A program made the position numbers and the translations under genes. DNA of 64,000 nucleotides from Mobula hypostoma (lineage: Eukaryota): positions 57,972,001 through 58,036,000 of the forward strand of contig NC_086097.1 of the NCBI RefSeq assembly GCF_963921235.1, written 5' to 3'. Below are positions 1 through 11,650 of this stretch, piece by piece. The notes below the pieces were generated by a model that had not been told where the DNA came from, made no database searches, and saw only the letters and a list, made by a program, of their open reading frames with translations. How positions within the stretch are numbered: position 1 is the stretch's first letter; every line of letters begins with the position of its first letter.

Positions 1-936
1 CTTCATGCATTGAATGGATGACACTTGCTGGTATTTTCTTAAAAAAAAGTGAACAGCGGATTTCAATAATTGCATTTGTTTTTTTCTAAAAATTAACAAA
101 CAAAAATAAAAAGGCTTAGGAAACTACCAGGTGGTCCACCTAGCTGGTGCCATTTTGGTGTCCACAGACTTGCTTGACTCCACAGTCATCTAAATTCCTC
201 ATAGAAGCAAAGTTCAAAAAGACTACAGCAAAAATGTGAAAAGAAACTAGGGCGATTCCTTCCCCATTTCTCCAGCTGATCAAAACCAGGCCAGCTCGGC
301 TAATTGTTAAGCCATGTATCTTCTGTATGATCTTTGCCCCAGTCAAGAAATGGCCCGGATTATGTCAGAAGACAGGCAGAATAAACACAGAGCGAAGAAG
401 CCCACAGATTTCCTGTATACGTACTCTGAACCTTTGAATCAACCGGGCTTTGTTAACACTTACTGGTCTTATGAATAACTAAAGGAAAAAAAGTTCAATA
501 ACCTCTATTTGTTTATTAGTTGAGATAAGATTTATAATGTTTCACTTTTGCCATTTGATAAAGTGTATTATTCAAAAGATTCATAGACTAATTTGTCTAC
601 AAAATCTATTTTAGAATGCATTCACAATTTTGAGATAAACTTCGAGTATTTTGGGGGGAAAATCCATGTTGAGTATTTCTTGGGATGACTTTATAGCTAG
701 AAATCACTTCTTCTCTTTTGATAATAGTTGCTGTCCACTCCAAGTGTATTGATTGGCCAAGGCCCATTTAAATAAACAATAGAAAGCTGCATATTTCCAA
801 AACCAAAATTTGTTAAATTCTAACATGCAGAGTTAACACATTGTAAAACATCTCCTGTTGTAGTGGATACTGCAAAGAAACTTCCAAAGCTGAGTGTGAT
901 TCAAACAAAATGAAAAAGACAGTGAAAAGATTTATA

Positions 937-1872
937 CAGTAGACTCGGTTAATTGGGACAGATCAGGACCAGTACATTTTGGCCAATTAAGTGGCTGCCC
1001 CAATTAGCCGAAGTTTCATGGAAATAGTTAAAACATATGAAAAAGATAAACTACAATTTAACTGAGAAACATTTATGTATTTAAACGAAATACAGAATGA
1101 GTTAGAACACTACTAATACCTCTACAGTACTATAAAACTGCATGCAAAACACACAAAATGCTGGAGGAACTCATCAGGCCAGGAAGCATTTGTGGAAAAG
1201 AGTACACTTTTCCATGGATGCTCCCTGGCCTCTTGAGTTCCTCCAGAATTTTGTGTGTGTTGCTTGGATTTTCAGCATCTGCAGATTTTCTCTTTCCTAT
1301 AAAACTGTGTATTAGTTCCTAATAGTTATCGTCAACTGTTAGCGAACAGAATCAGGGCAGACTCCTCCTGCAGATAATGGACTGCCTTCATACAATGCTT
1401 TTGATGAATGCACCCTCCAAATCTTCATTTTAATTGTTACATTCAAGGCAGTTAACTTGTTGAATTAGTGAAATCATTTCATTTTCACTCTCAGGTGTTT
1501 CTGGCATCTCCAAGTCTGAATGCTTGAAACTGCGGTGAGGAAACCTGTTCCTAATTGTCTTACTGCTTATATCTCAGCAGTTTGCAGTTACAAAAATCAC
1601 TGTATTTTGAACACAAACACAAGCAACTGGTGCTGTTTAAAAACTGATTGCTCTAAGTACAGTGTATTGTCTATCAGCCACACAAGTGCATGCAACCTAC
1701 ACTAGTGAGAAGTTGTTCGGCAACAACGTCGTGAGACAATTAGGTGGCATAGTGTCCCAAATAAATGATGGGAATCATGGTTATTTTCTCAATTTAGTTT
1801 TGTTCTTTAAGAGTTGTCCCAAATAAACAGTTGCCCTGATTAACCAATGGCCCAGTTTAGCGGAATCCACCG
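937..1872. mobile_element. Internally deleted Tc1/mariner-Tigger(pogo)-like DNA transposon
   Basis: TA at 935-936 and 1873-1874. Imperfect TIRs: CAGTAGACTCGGTTAATTGGG versus reverse complement CGGTGGATTCCGCTAAACTGGG. Sub-terminal TGTCCCAAATAA-like repeats. Interrupted by the insertion at 1141-1296. Confidence 0.75.
1141..1296. mobile_element. Short palindromic (fold-back) derivative of a Penelope-like element end
   Basis: Arms ACACACAAAATGCTGGAGGAACTC...GGAAAAG and CTTTTCC...GAGTTCCTCCAGAATTTTGTGTGT. 11-bp TSD CTATAAAACTG at 1130-1140 and 1297-1307. Similar to the 3' ends of the PLEs at 33080 and 38534. Confidence 0.8.
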
Positions 1873-2559
1873 TATATTCTTTCTAGTTTAAGTATGGATT
1901 AGGTGCCATGAAGTAAATGCATTGCCTTGTTGCATGAACCTTCATTTACACTTACACTGGTTGTGGTACACAGCTGCTCACAGCAGTATAACTATTGCTC
2001 GTTTATATTCCACATACTATTTTCAAGCCAAAGATGGTCATGAGATGTAAAATAATTTGGTACATTTAGGCAAAATGCTTTGAGTATGAAAAAGTACTGT
2101 GTTCATTCATTGAGTATGAACATTGAACAATGGCCTTGTTCAAGGCTTGGAAACAGTGAGCCCCTACTCTGGTAACAAAATAGATGTCCCTGATTAAACC
2201 TCAGCCACCTAACCTCTCAAGGGAACCGTGTCTCAGGCCATGTAATATTAAACAGCTCTAGCTGCAGGCAAATGTCAAATTCCACTGACATTCTGAGCCC
2301 TTTAAAGAAACAGTATCCCCTTTATGTTAACCTATGCAAGCATTTTTAAAAAAATGTAAAAATAAGCCACAAGCAACACTCATCAATATTCCATAACATT
2401 CAATAAATAGATTCAATTGATCAATTCTGAATTATTGCATTTTAAACATCGGTGTTTGAGAAAGAGCTTGTTGTGATGAAGATAGAGAAAATGAAACTGC
2501 CTGACAAAATTCGGTATGAAAATATAAAATTCCTCAAAAATAATTGGGAAAACCAAAAA

Positions 2560-2805
2560 CTATCTGGGAAATTGTACTGCAGCATAAAAGCCAGGCCCAA
2601 TAGCTTCTTCCACCAGGCCATCAGGCTGATTAATTCACGCTGATACAGTTGTATTTCTGTTATATTGACTGTCCTGTTGTACATACTATTTACATTACAA
2701 ATTACTGTAAATTGCACATTGCACATTTAGACAGAGACGTAATATAAAGATTTTTACTCCTCATGTATATGAAGGCTGTAAGTAGGAAAGTCAATTCAAT
2801 TCAAT
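2560..2805 (+). mobile_element. 3' fragment of a Rex1/Babar-like LINE
   Basis: Translates ...SGKLYCSIKARPNSFFHQAIRLIN, a typical Rex1 C-terminus, followed by a 3' UTR and a (TCAAT)n tail. Confidence 0.7.
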
Positions 2806-3129
2806 ATTCAGAAGTATAATTGAGTGCTTGGGCATTAAATAGTACCTTGAATAATGTTATATGTGGATAGTATTTATTTTTAAAAAATGGTTGACTCTCA
2901 ACAATAAAGAAAGTTAATTCTAATGGTTATTCTTGGCTATTTTCAACATTAGGTGTCATGTACTTTCTAACTGTAGAGGTGAATTTGGATTTGGTAGTTC
3001 CTTGGTCTGGCTTCTCCCAGAGAACTCAGGAGATACAAATGCACATGCACACTTATGGTGTCTGGCACAACTTTCCATACTAGTGTTCACAAGAGAGGCA
3101 TTCCTCTTGTAAAGAGGGCACACAGAACA

Positions 3130-5740
3130 GGATAAGATTCTAAAAGAGGTCAAAGGCAAAAGGGCAGCACCATGTTTTTCTTGAAACCATTTTCATCCTG
3201 AATATTCGGGAAGAATTCTTCTGTTTGTTGCAGCCTGAGACAGCAGTGTTCGTGGTTGTCAAGATGTCTACAGCATTTGGAATTTGCCTCATCCCTGTCC
3301 GGAACTGGAGAGATTTGCAACATTTCTAATTGCTTCCTAGAAGTCACTCCAGCTTTTCGTCTGGAGAACATTTCATTATCTATTGCCAGAGACCAGCAGG
3401 AGAGAGAGAACAGAGATTAGATCCAGGTGTATGGATGGGCCAAGGACATTGGGTAACAGAGGAACTGAAACAGATTGACATTAGGAAGGAAACGGTGATG
3501 AGTAGACTGATGGGACTGAAGGCTAACAAATCCCCAGGTCCAGATGGTCTGCATCCTAGGGTACTAAAGAGGTGGCTCTGGAAATTGTGGATGCATTGGT
3601 GATCATTTTCCAATGTTCCTTAGATTCAGGATCAGTTCCTGAGGATTGGCGAATGGCTAATGTTATCCCACTTTTTAAGAAAGGAGGGAGGGAGAAAACA
3701 GAGAACTATCGCCCTGTTAGCCTAACATCAGTAGTGGGGAAGATGCTAGAGTCCATTATTAAAGATGAAATAGCGGCATATCTTGATAGCAGTTTTAGGA
3801 TTGGGCCAAGCCAGCATGGATTTACCAAGGGCAAATCATGCTTTACTAATCTATTGGAGTTTTTCGAGGATGTAACCAGGAAGGTAGACACGGGAGATCC
3901 AGTGGATGTGGTGTACCTAGACTTTCAGAAGGCATTCGATAAGGTACCACATAGGAGATTGGTGGGTAAAATCAGAGCTCATGGCATTGGGGGGAGGATA
4001 TTGACATGGATAGAAAACTGGTTGGCAGATAGAAAGCAAAGGGTAGCAGTGAATGGCAGCTGGTGACTAGTGGGGTGCCACAGGGCTCGGTATTGGGACC
4101 ACAGCTGTTTACAATTTACGTCAATGATTTAGAGGAAAGCATTGTGAATAACATCAGCAAGTTTGCTGATGATACTAAGCTGGGTGGCAGTGTGACATGT
4201 GATGAGGATGTTAGGAGAATTCAAGGTGACTTGGATAGGCTGGGTGAGTGGGCAGAAACTTGGCAGATAGCGTTTAATGTGAATAAGTGTGAGGTTATTC
4301 ACTTTGGGAGCAAGAACAGGAAGGCAGATTATTATCTGAATGGTGTGGAGTTAGGTAAGGGAGAAATACAAAGAGATCTAGGAGTACTTGTTCATCTGTC
4401 TCTGAAGGTGAATGAGCAAGTGCAGCAGGCAGTGACGAAGGCTAATGGAATGTTGGCCTTTATTACAAAGGGAATTGAGTACAAGAGCAAGGAAATCCTT
4501 TTGCATTTGTACAGGGCCCTGGTGAGACCACACCTGGAGTATTGTGTGCAGTTTTGGTCTCCAGGGTTAAGGAAGGACATCCTGGCTGTGAAGGAGGTGC
4601 AGCGTAGGTTCACTAGGTTAATTCCTGGGATGTCCGGACTGTCTTACGCAGAAAGGTTAGAGAGACTGGGCTTGTACACGCTGGAATTAAGGAGATTGAG
4701 GGGGATCTGATTGAGACATATAAGATTATTAAGGGATTGGACAAGATAGAGGCAGGAAATGTGTTCCAGATGCTGGGAGAGTCCAGTACCAGAGGGCATG
4801 GTTTAAGAATAAGGGGTAGGTCATTTAGGACAGAGTTGAGGAGGAACTTCTTCTCCCAGAGAGTTGTGGAGGTGTGGAACGCGCTGCCTCAGAAGGCAGT
4901 GGAGACCAATTCTCTGGATGCTTTCAAGAAGGAGCTAGATAGGTATCTTATGGATAGGGGAATCAAGGGTTATGGGGACAAGGCAGGAACCAGGTATTGA
5001 TAGTAGATGATCAGCCATGATCTCAGAATGGCGGTGCAGGCTCGAAGGGCCAAATGGTCTACTTCTGCACCTATTGTCTATTGTCTATTGTCTATTACAG
5101 ATTTCCCCTTGGTGAAAACTGCTGAGGATTGGGAAGTTGGTTTTTCAGAGAACTGATGTCAGCTCTGTTCTGTAGTAGAATTAAAAGAAATCCCAGTACC
5201 TTAATGCTGTTTTGCTGCTATCAATGAATCATCCAGGTCAGTTTTGGCAACAGTCATGGTGTCTTCATTCTGTGATAATTTACTGTGTTATGTGGAGTCG
5301 AGCCATCATGGCAAAGAACTATAACAGTAGAGCACAATACAGGCCCTATGACTCACAATGTTATTTGGATTTTTTAACCTATTCTTTAGATCAATCTAAC
5401 CCTTCCCTTCTCCATAGTCCTCCATTTTCTATCATCCATGTCCGTCAATGTACCATCACCCCAGGCAGGTTGATCCAAAACCCTATTGACTCTATTATAA
5501 CTGCTGACTGTCCATATATTCCTCAGGTAGTCTGCAACAGTGAAAGCCGTGCTGACATGATAAATGTCATAGAATAGGATAATTGGCTTGTTGAAGGAAT
5601 GTTCCTATTGTCTAGATCTGCCTGGAGAATCCCTGTTGGACACAGTAGAATAGGTACCAAAACCTGTGAAGGTTATCTTTCAAACAGAAAGGCTTGGTTT
5701 TGCATTAGATTTATGCTAGGGAGCAAAAGGAGTTGGAGGC
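3130..5740 (+). pseudogene. Highly degraded PIF/Harbinger (HARBI1-like) DDE transposase, split by CR1 insertions
   Basis: Frame-hopping translation gives, in the expected order: EFFCLLQPE-TAVFVVVKMSTA-FASSLSGTGEICNISNCFLEVTPA (3213-3355), DFPLVKTAEDWEVGF (~5100), PQVVCNSE (~5521), LENPCWTQ*NRYQ (~5622), VIFQTERL..LDLC*GA (~5672). These match Harbinger motifs ALPVAVKVT, FASGSFQ..GDICxISQ, I.FP, VQLVCD, NP...E.RYN and IE..IG.LK.RFRCLD.SGG. Confidence 0.6.
3423..5095 (+). mobile_element. 5'-truncated CR1 LINE (frameshifted RT fragments)
   Basis: ORFs 3572-4066, 4063-4710 and 4737-5000 carry KSPGPDG, NYRPVSLTS, LDFQKAFDKV, GVPQGSVLGP and KFADDTK. (TCTATTG)n tail. Small deletion near 4057. Confidence 0.95.
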
Positions 5741-6065
5741 AAATGAAAGTAACAGAAGAGATCTAGATTGGCAGCCATTCTGTAGATGTTTTCTATGCAC
5801 AGCTCATCTGACTCTGACGGCAAATACAACCCCAGTCCCACAATCACTAGCAGTCCCAACACCTTATCTTCCCATTGTCACATCTATCATCCACCTGCTG
5901 GGCCACAATACAAAAATAAAAGCTATGATACAATAAATATTCCAAAGCAAATGTGTAAAATTAAATCTAACTTACCATATGTATTCATCATGATTTTTAC
6001 GTTCTGGTGTTCTCTCAGTGATCACAATTAAAGCATAGATGTATGGATTCTTGGTTAGTATAGAT

Positions 6066-6249
6066 CACATACAAAATGCTGGAGGAACTCAGCAGGCCTG
6101 GCAGCATCTATGGAAATGAATATAGTCGACGTTTCGGCCTGAAGTGTCGACTGTACTCTTTTCCATAGATGCTGCGTGACCTGCTGAGATCCTCCAGCAT
6201 TTTGTGTGTGTTGCTCAGATTTCCAGCATCTTCAGATTTTCCCTTGTTT
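6066..6249. mobile_element. Short fold-back Penelope-derived element
   Basis: Inverted arms spanning 6066-6210, with apex GTCGACGTTTCGGCCTGAAGTGTCGAC. Same family as 1141-1296. Confidence 0.8.
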
Positions 6250-6290
6250 TTGATCCTGATCAGTAAGAGTGTCAAAGGTTATATGGAGAA

Positions 6291-6702
6291 TCTTCTCCAT
6301 GGATTGTCACCTTGTCATGGTGGAGAGGCTTCAATGGTCCTGTGATCCCGAGAGCAATGCCGTCTGGAGCTATGCTCCTGGTAGGGTCACCCATGGCGGT
6401 AAGGTCGAGGGTGAGGTCCTGGACAAAGAACAATCCAACCAAGACCTCAACGGTGGAACAGGCGGACGAAGTTACTTCAAACTCAACGGTGGATGAAGGC
6501 TGCAACAAATCCATCAGCTCCAATCATCGTTGTTTCCATGCCATTGGAATCAGTTGGTTGATTTGTGAAGTATCGTGTGCTTCTTGGAGTGCAACATCAA
6601 GTACACGTTAAACAAATACACGCACAGGCGTCTTCGCTCTGTGGGCCACTTCTTCAGAATGAAGGCTATCATCCTCGACCTCGAGGGATAGCCACGATGG
6701 CG
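6291..6702 (+). mobile_element. Non-autonomous RTE-derived element (RTE-type 5' UTR joined to a 3' tail)
   Basis: 10-bp TSD ATATGGAGAA at 6281-6290 and 6703-6712. The 5' part TGTCACCTTGTCATGGTGGAGAGG...GGTAGGGTCACCCATGGC...GACAAAG resembles RTE/Expander 5' UTRs. GAT-like tail. Inserted into an old CR1 3' UTR (~6255-6812). Confidence 0.6.
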
Positions 6703-6871
6703 ATATGGAGAAAGGGGTTGAGAGGAATAGGAAGTTGACCATGATGAAATGGCAGAGAAAACTCGATGAGCCAACTAGCCTAGTGCTGCTCTTATGTCTT
6801 ATGGTTTTATGGAAAGGCTGCAGGGAGCATTGTGAGACAACTAAGGCAGCTTTGGGCCTCAAAGCCCCGTA

Positions 6872-7262
6872 TCATGTCCAAGATATCCTGAAGTGGGAGG
6901 GTGAGGAGACAGAGGTCATGGTACATATAGGTATCAATGACATAAGTAGGAAAAGGGATGAGGTCCTGAAAGGAGAATATAGGGAGCTAGGAAGGGAGTT
7001 GAAAAAAAGGACCGCAAAGGTAGTAATCTCGGGATTACTGCCTGTGCCACGCGACAGTGAGAGTAGGAATGCGATGAGGTAGAGGATAAATGCGTGGCTG
7101 AGGGATTGGAGCAGGGGGCAGGGATTCAAGTTTTTGGATCATTGGGACCTCTTTTGGCGCAAGCGTGACCTGTACAAAAAGGACGGGTTACACTTGAATC
7201 CTAGGGGGACCAATATCCTGGCAGGGAGATTAGCGGGGGCTACTGAGGTGACTTTAAACTAG
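6872..7262 (+). pseudogene. CR1 ORF1 SGNH/GDSL esterase-like domain, partial, premature TAG at 7080-7082
   Basis: VHIGINDI, VVISGLLPVP and DGLHLN motifs; the frame continues past the TAG to a stop at 7260-7262. Confidence 0.85.
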
Positions 7263-7267
7263 AATGG

Positions 7268-10200
7268 TTGGGGGGTGGGAATCAAATTAAAGAGGCTAGG
7301 CGTGAGGAGGTTAGTTCACAACAGAGGGATGGGAACCAGTGCAGAGAGACAGAGGGGTGTAAAGTGAGGGTAGAAGCAAAAAGTACAAAGGAGAAAAGTA
7401 AAAGTGGCAGGCCGACAAATCCAGGGCAAGCATTAAAAAGGGCCACTTTTCAACATAATTGCATAAGGGCTAAGAGAGTTGTAAAAGAGCACTTGAAGGC
7501 TTTATGTGTCAATGCAAGGAGCATTCGTAATAAGGTGGATGAATTGAAAGTGCAGATTGTTATTAATGATTATGATATAGTTGGGATCACAGAGATATGG
7601 CTCCAGGGTGACCAGGGATGGGAGCTCAACGTTCAGGGATATTCAATATTCAGGAGGGATAGACATGAAGGAAGGGGAGGTGGGGTGGCGTTGCTGGTTA
7701 AAGAAGAGATTAACGCAATAGAAAGGAAGGACATAAGCCGGGAAGATGTGGAATCGATATGGGTAGAGCTGCGTAACACTAAGGGGCAGAAGACGCTGGT
7801 GGGAGTTGTGTACAGGCCACCTAACAGTAGTAGTGAGGTCGGAGATGGTATTAAACAGGAAATTAGAAATGTGTGCAATAAAGGAACAGCAGTTATAATG
7901 GGTGACTTCAATCTACATGTAGATTGGGTGAACCAAATTGGTAAAGGTGCTGAGGAAGAGGACTTCTTGGAATGTATGCGGGATGGTTTTTTGAACCAAC
8001 ATGTCGAGGAACCAACTAGAGAGCAGGCTATTCCGGACTGGGTTTTGAGCAATGAGGAAGGGTTAATTAGCGATCTTGTCGTGAGAGGCCCCTTGGGTAA
8101 GAGTGACCATAATATGGTGGAATTCTTCATTAAGATGGAGAGTGACATAGTTAATTCAGAAACAAAGGTTCTGAACTTAAAGAGGGGTAACTTTGAAGGT
8201 ATGAGACGTGAATTAGCTAAGATAGACTGGCAAATGACACTTAAAGGATTGACGGTGGATATGCAATGGCAAGCATTTAAAGGTTGCATGGATGAACTAC
8301 AACAATTGTTCATCCCAGTTTGGCAAAAGAATAAATCAAGGAAGGTAGTGCACCCTGGCTGACAAGAGAAATTAGGGATAGTATCAATTCCAAAGAAGAA
8401 GCATACAAATTAGCCAGAGAAAGTGGCTCACCTGAGGACTGGGAGAAATTCAGAGTTCAGCAGAGGAGGACAAAGGGCTTAATTAGGAAGGGGAAAAAAG
8501 ATTATGAGAGAAAACTGGCAGGGAACATAAAAACGGACTGTAAAAGCTTTTATAGGTATGTAAAAAGGAAAAGACTGGTAAAGACAAATGTAGGTCCCCT
8601 GCAGACAGAAACAGGTGAATTGATTATGGGGAGCAAGGACATGGCAGACCAATTGAATAATTACTTTGGTTCTGTCTTCACTAAGGAGGACATAAATAAT
8701 CTTCCAGAAATAGTAAGGGACAGAGGGTCCAGTGAGATGGAGGAACTGAGCGAAATACATGTTAGTAGGGAAGTGGTGTTAGGTAAATTGAAGGGATTGA
8801 AGGCAGATAAATCCCCAGGGCCAGATGGTCTGCATCCCAGAGTGCTTAAGGAAGTAGCCCAAGAAATAGTGGATGCATTAGTGATAATTTTTCAAAACTC
8901 GTTTGATTCTGGACTAGTTCCTGAGGATTGGAGGGTGGCTAATGTAACCCCATTTTTTAAAAAAGGAGGGAGAGAGAAACCGGGGAATTATAGACCGGTT
9001 AGCCTAACGTCGGTGGTGGGGAAACTGCTGGAGTCAGTTATCAAGGATGTGATAACAGCACATTTGGAAAGCGGTGAAATGATCGGACAAAGTCAGCATG
9101 GATTTGTGAAAGGAAAATCATGTCTGACGAATCTCATAGAATTTTTTGAGGATGTAACTAGTAGAGTGGATAGGGGAGAACCAGTGGATGTGGTATATTT
9201 GGATTTTCAAAAGGCTTTTGACAAGGTCCCACCCAGGAGATTAGTGTGCAAACTTAAAGCACACGGTATTGGGGGTAAGGTATTGGTGTGGGTGGAGAAT
9301 TGGTTAGCAGACAGGAAGCAAAGAGTGGGAATAAACGGGACCTTTTCAGAATGGCAGGCGGTGACTAGTGGGGTACCGCAAGGCTCAGTGCTGGGACTCC
9401 AGTTGTTTACAATATATATTAATGACTTGGATGAGGGAATTAAATGCAGCATCTCCAAGTTTGCGGATGACACGAAGCTGGGTGGCAGTGTTAGCAGTGA
9501 GGAGGATGCTAAGAGGATGCAGGGTGACTTGGATAGGTTGGGTGAGTGGGCAAATTCATGGCAGATGCAATTTAATGTGGATAAATGTGAAGTTATCCAC
9601 TTTGGTGGCAAAAATAGGAAAACAGATTATTATCTGAATGGTGGCCGATTAGGAAAAGGGGAGGTGCAACGAGACCTGGGTGTCATTATACACCAGTCAT
9701 TGAAAGTGGGCATGCAGGTACAGCAGGCGGTGAAAAAGGCGAATGGTATGCTGGCATTTATAGTGAGAGGATTCGAGTACAGGAGCAGGGAGGTACCACT
9801 GCAGTTGTACAAGGCCTTGGTGAGACCACACCTGGAGTATTGTGTGCAGTTTTGGTCCCCTAATCTGAGGAAAGACATCTTTGCCATAGAGGGAGTACAA
9901 AGAAGGTTCACCAGATTGATTCCTGGGATGGCAGGACTTTCATATGAAGAAAGACTGGATGAACTGGGCTTGTACTCGTTGGAATTTAGAAGATTGAGGG
10001 GGGATCTGATTGAAACGTATAAGATCCTAAAGGGACTGGACAGGCTAGATGCAGGAAGATTGTTCCTGATGTTGGGGAAGTCCAGAACGAGGGGCCACAG
10101 TTTGAGGATAGAAGGGAAGCCTTTTAGGACCGAGATTAGGAAAAACTTCTTCACACAGAGAGTGGTGAATCTGTGGAATTCTCTGCCACAGGAAACTGTT

Positions 10201-10299
10201 GAGGCCAGTTCATTGGCTATATTGAAGAGGGAGTTAGATATGGCCCTTGTGGCTACGGGGGTCAGGGGGTATGGAGGGAAGGCTGGGGCGGGGTTCTGA
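7268..10299 (+). pseudogene. CR1 ORF2 (APE endonuclease + reverse transcriptase) with one frameshift at ~8356
   Basis: NARSI, GITEIW, YRPP, GDFN and SDH endonuclease motifs; RT FADD. CACCC-TGG here versus CACCCGTGG in the twin copy at ~41015 shows a 1-nt deletion. Confidence 0.95.
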
Positions 10300-10609
10300 G
10301 TTGGATGATCAGCCATGATCATAATAAATGGCGGTGCAGGCTCGAAGGGCCGAATGGCCTACTCCTGCACCTATTTTCTATGTTTCTATGTTTCTATGTA
10401 TGAATAATCTACTGTGAAAAAGGAACAGAAGCCTTCTAAGCCAGCTGGCTGATGGGAAAAATCAAGGGCTCTGAGTAAGGGACAGAGAAGATACGGCAAG
10501 TGTGGTCATCCTGAGCGAGGACAGCAGAGTCATGCCGCATGAAAGTCACTGGAATTCCTCTGAACTGCATCAACTGGAATTGGAATTGCTTCATTATTGC
10601 CACATGCTT

Positions 10610-11005
10610 CAGGGCCTGTACTTGTTGGTATTTACAACAATGAGGAGAGATCTCATTGAAACCTACCAGATCTTGAAAAGTCTTGATTGTGTGGAATTTG
10701 GAAAGGATTTTTCCATCAGTAGAAGTGTCTAGCATCAGAGGGCACAGCCTCAGAATAAAGGGATGTCCCTTTGGAACTGAAATGAGGAGGAATTTCTTCA
10801 GCCTGAGGGTGGCGAACCTATGGAATTTGTTGGGTGTATTTAAGGCAAAGGTTGATAGGTTCTTGATTGGTGCAGGAGCTTAGGGTTATGGGGAGAAGAT
10901 GGGAGAGTGGGGTTGAGGAAAAGAAAATCAGCCATGATTGAATGGTGGACCAGAGTTGATGGGCTGAATGCCTAATTCTGCTCCTATACCTTCTGTACTG
11001 AGGTA
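10610..11005 (+). mobile_element. Degraded CR1 3' fragment
   Basis: MRRDLIETYQILK and RGHSLRIKG..F.TEMRRNFFS, followed by a CR1-type 3' UTR. Confidence 0.85.
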
Positions 11006-11650
11006 CACTAAGCAGCTTGTCATGCATACTGTCCAGACAGATCAGATTATTACAGATTTAAGAGTGGAGTATGATTGTACTAGAAGTAATGAGTGGTTCT
11101 GCAGGGAGCAGCTTGCACTGAGTTGCCAAACATCACTATAATCTGTTGGAGAGAGATTTGCAATAGAGCTCTGAAATCTGTAATCTACAATTCAGATGTT
11201 AGCCATCTGTTCTTCTACAGCTGCACTTAGATGCTGAATGGCCTGTGTGTGTGTTGCTTTGAAACCTCTGATGTTGCATCATAGTTGAGTCCATTAATGC
11301 CTGAACAAAGTTGTCCATCATATCTGAGGTCTGTTCAAAGATTTGTGGCAATTTGTTGTCATCTCTTCACAATGAACATTGAATTCTTGGTGGATATTCC
11401 AATCAAAATTTTCAGCTGACTCTACTGTTAGCTCTCCAGGCACAAGAATGCACATGAATCATGCAGTTTTTCCCCTGCTGTCCTTTAAATCATGTGCAGA
11501 GCAAGTGTCAGATTGCTGCAATTATGAAAATGAGGACAGGTGTGTCTTCAGCATTCTCAAAGTTCAAAGTAAGTTTAATATCAAACTACATATATGTCAC
11601 CATGTACAACCCTGGGCTTCCTTTTCTTGCAGCCAGTCACAGTTATAGCC

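Larger units (their letters stand above)
6871..10398 (+). mobile_element. Young, long CR1 LINE (3' half of ORF1 plus full ORF2, lightly disabled)
   Basis: ORF1 esterase motifs, APE endonuclease and RT, 3' UTR with (TTTCTATG)n tail. Confidence 0.97.

Noticed and set aside
314..478. 54-codon plus-strand ORF (MYLLYDLCPSQEMARIMSED...)
   Set aside because: Short, with no recognisable homology and no supporting gene structure.
7633..10322. Long antisense ORFs (7633-8313, 9630-10322; also 39049-39741)
   Set aside because: Shadow frames on the opposite strand of CR1 ORF2. They recur only because the copies are near-identical.
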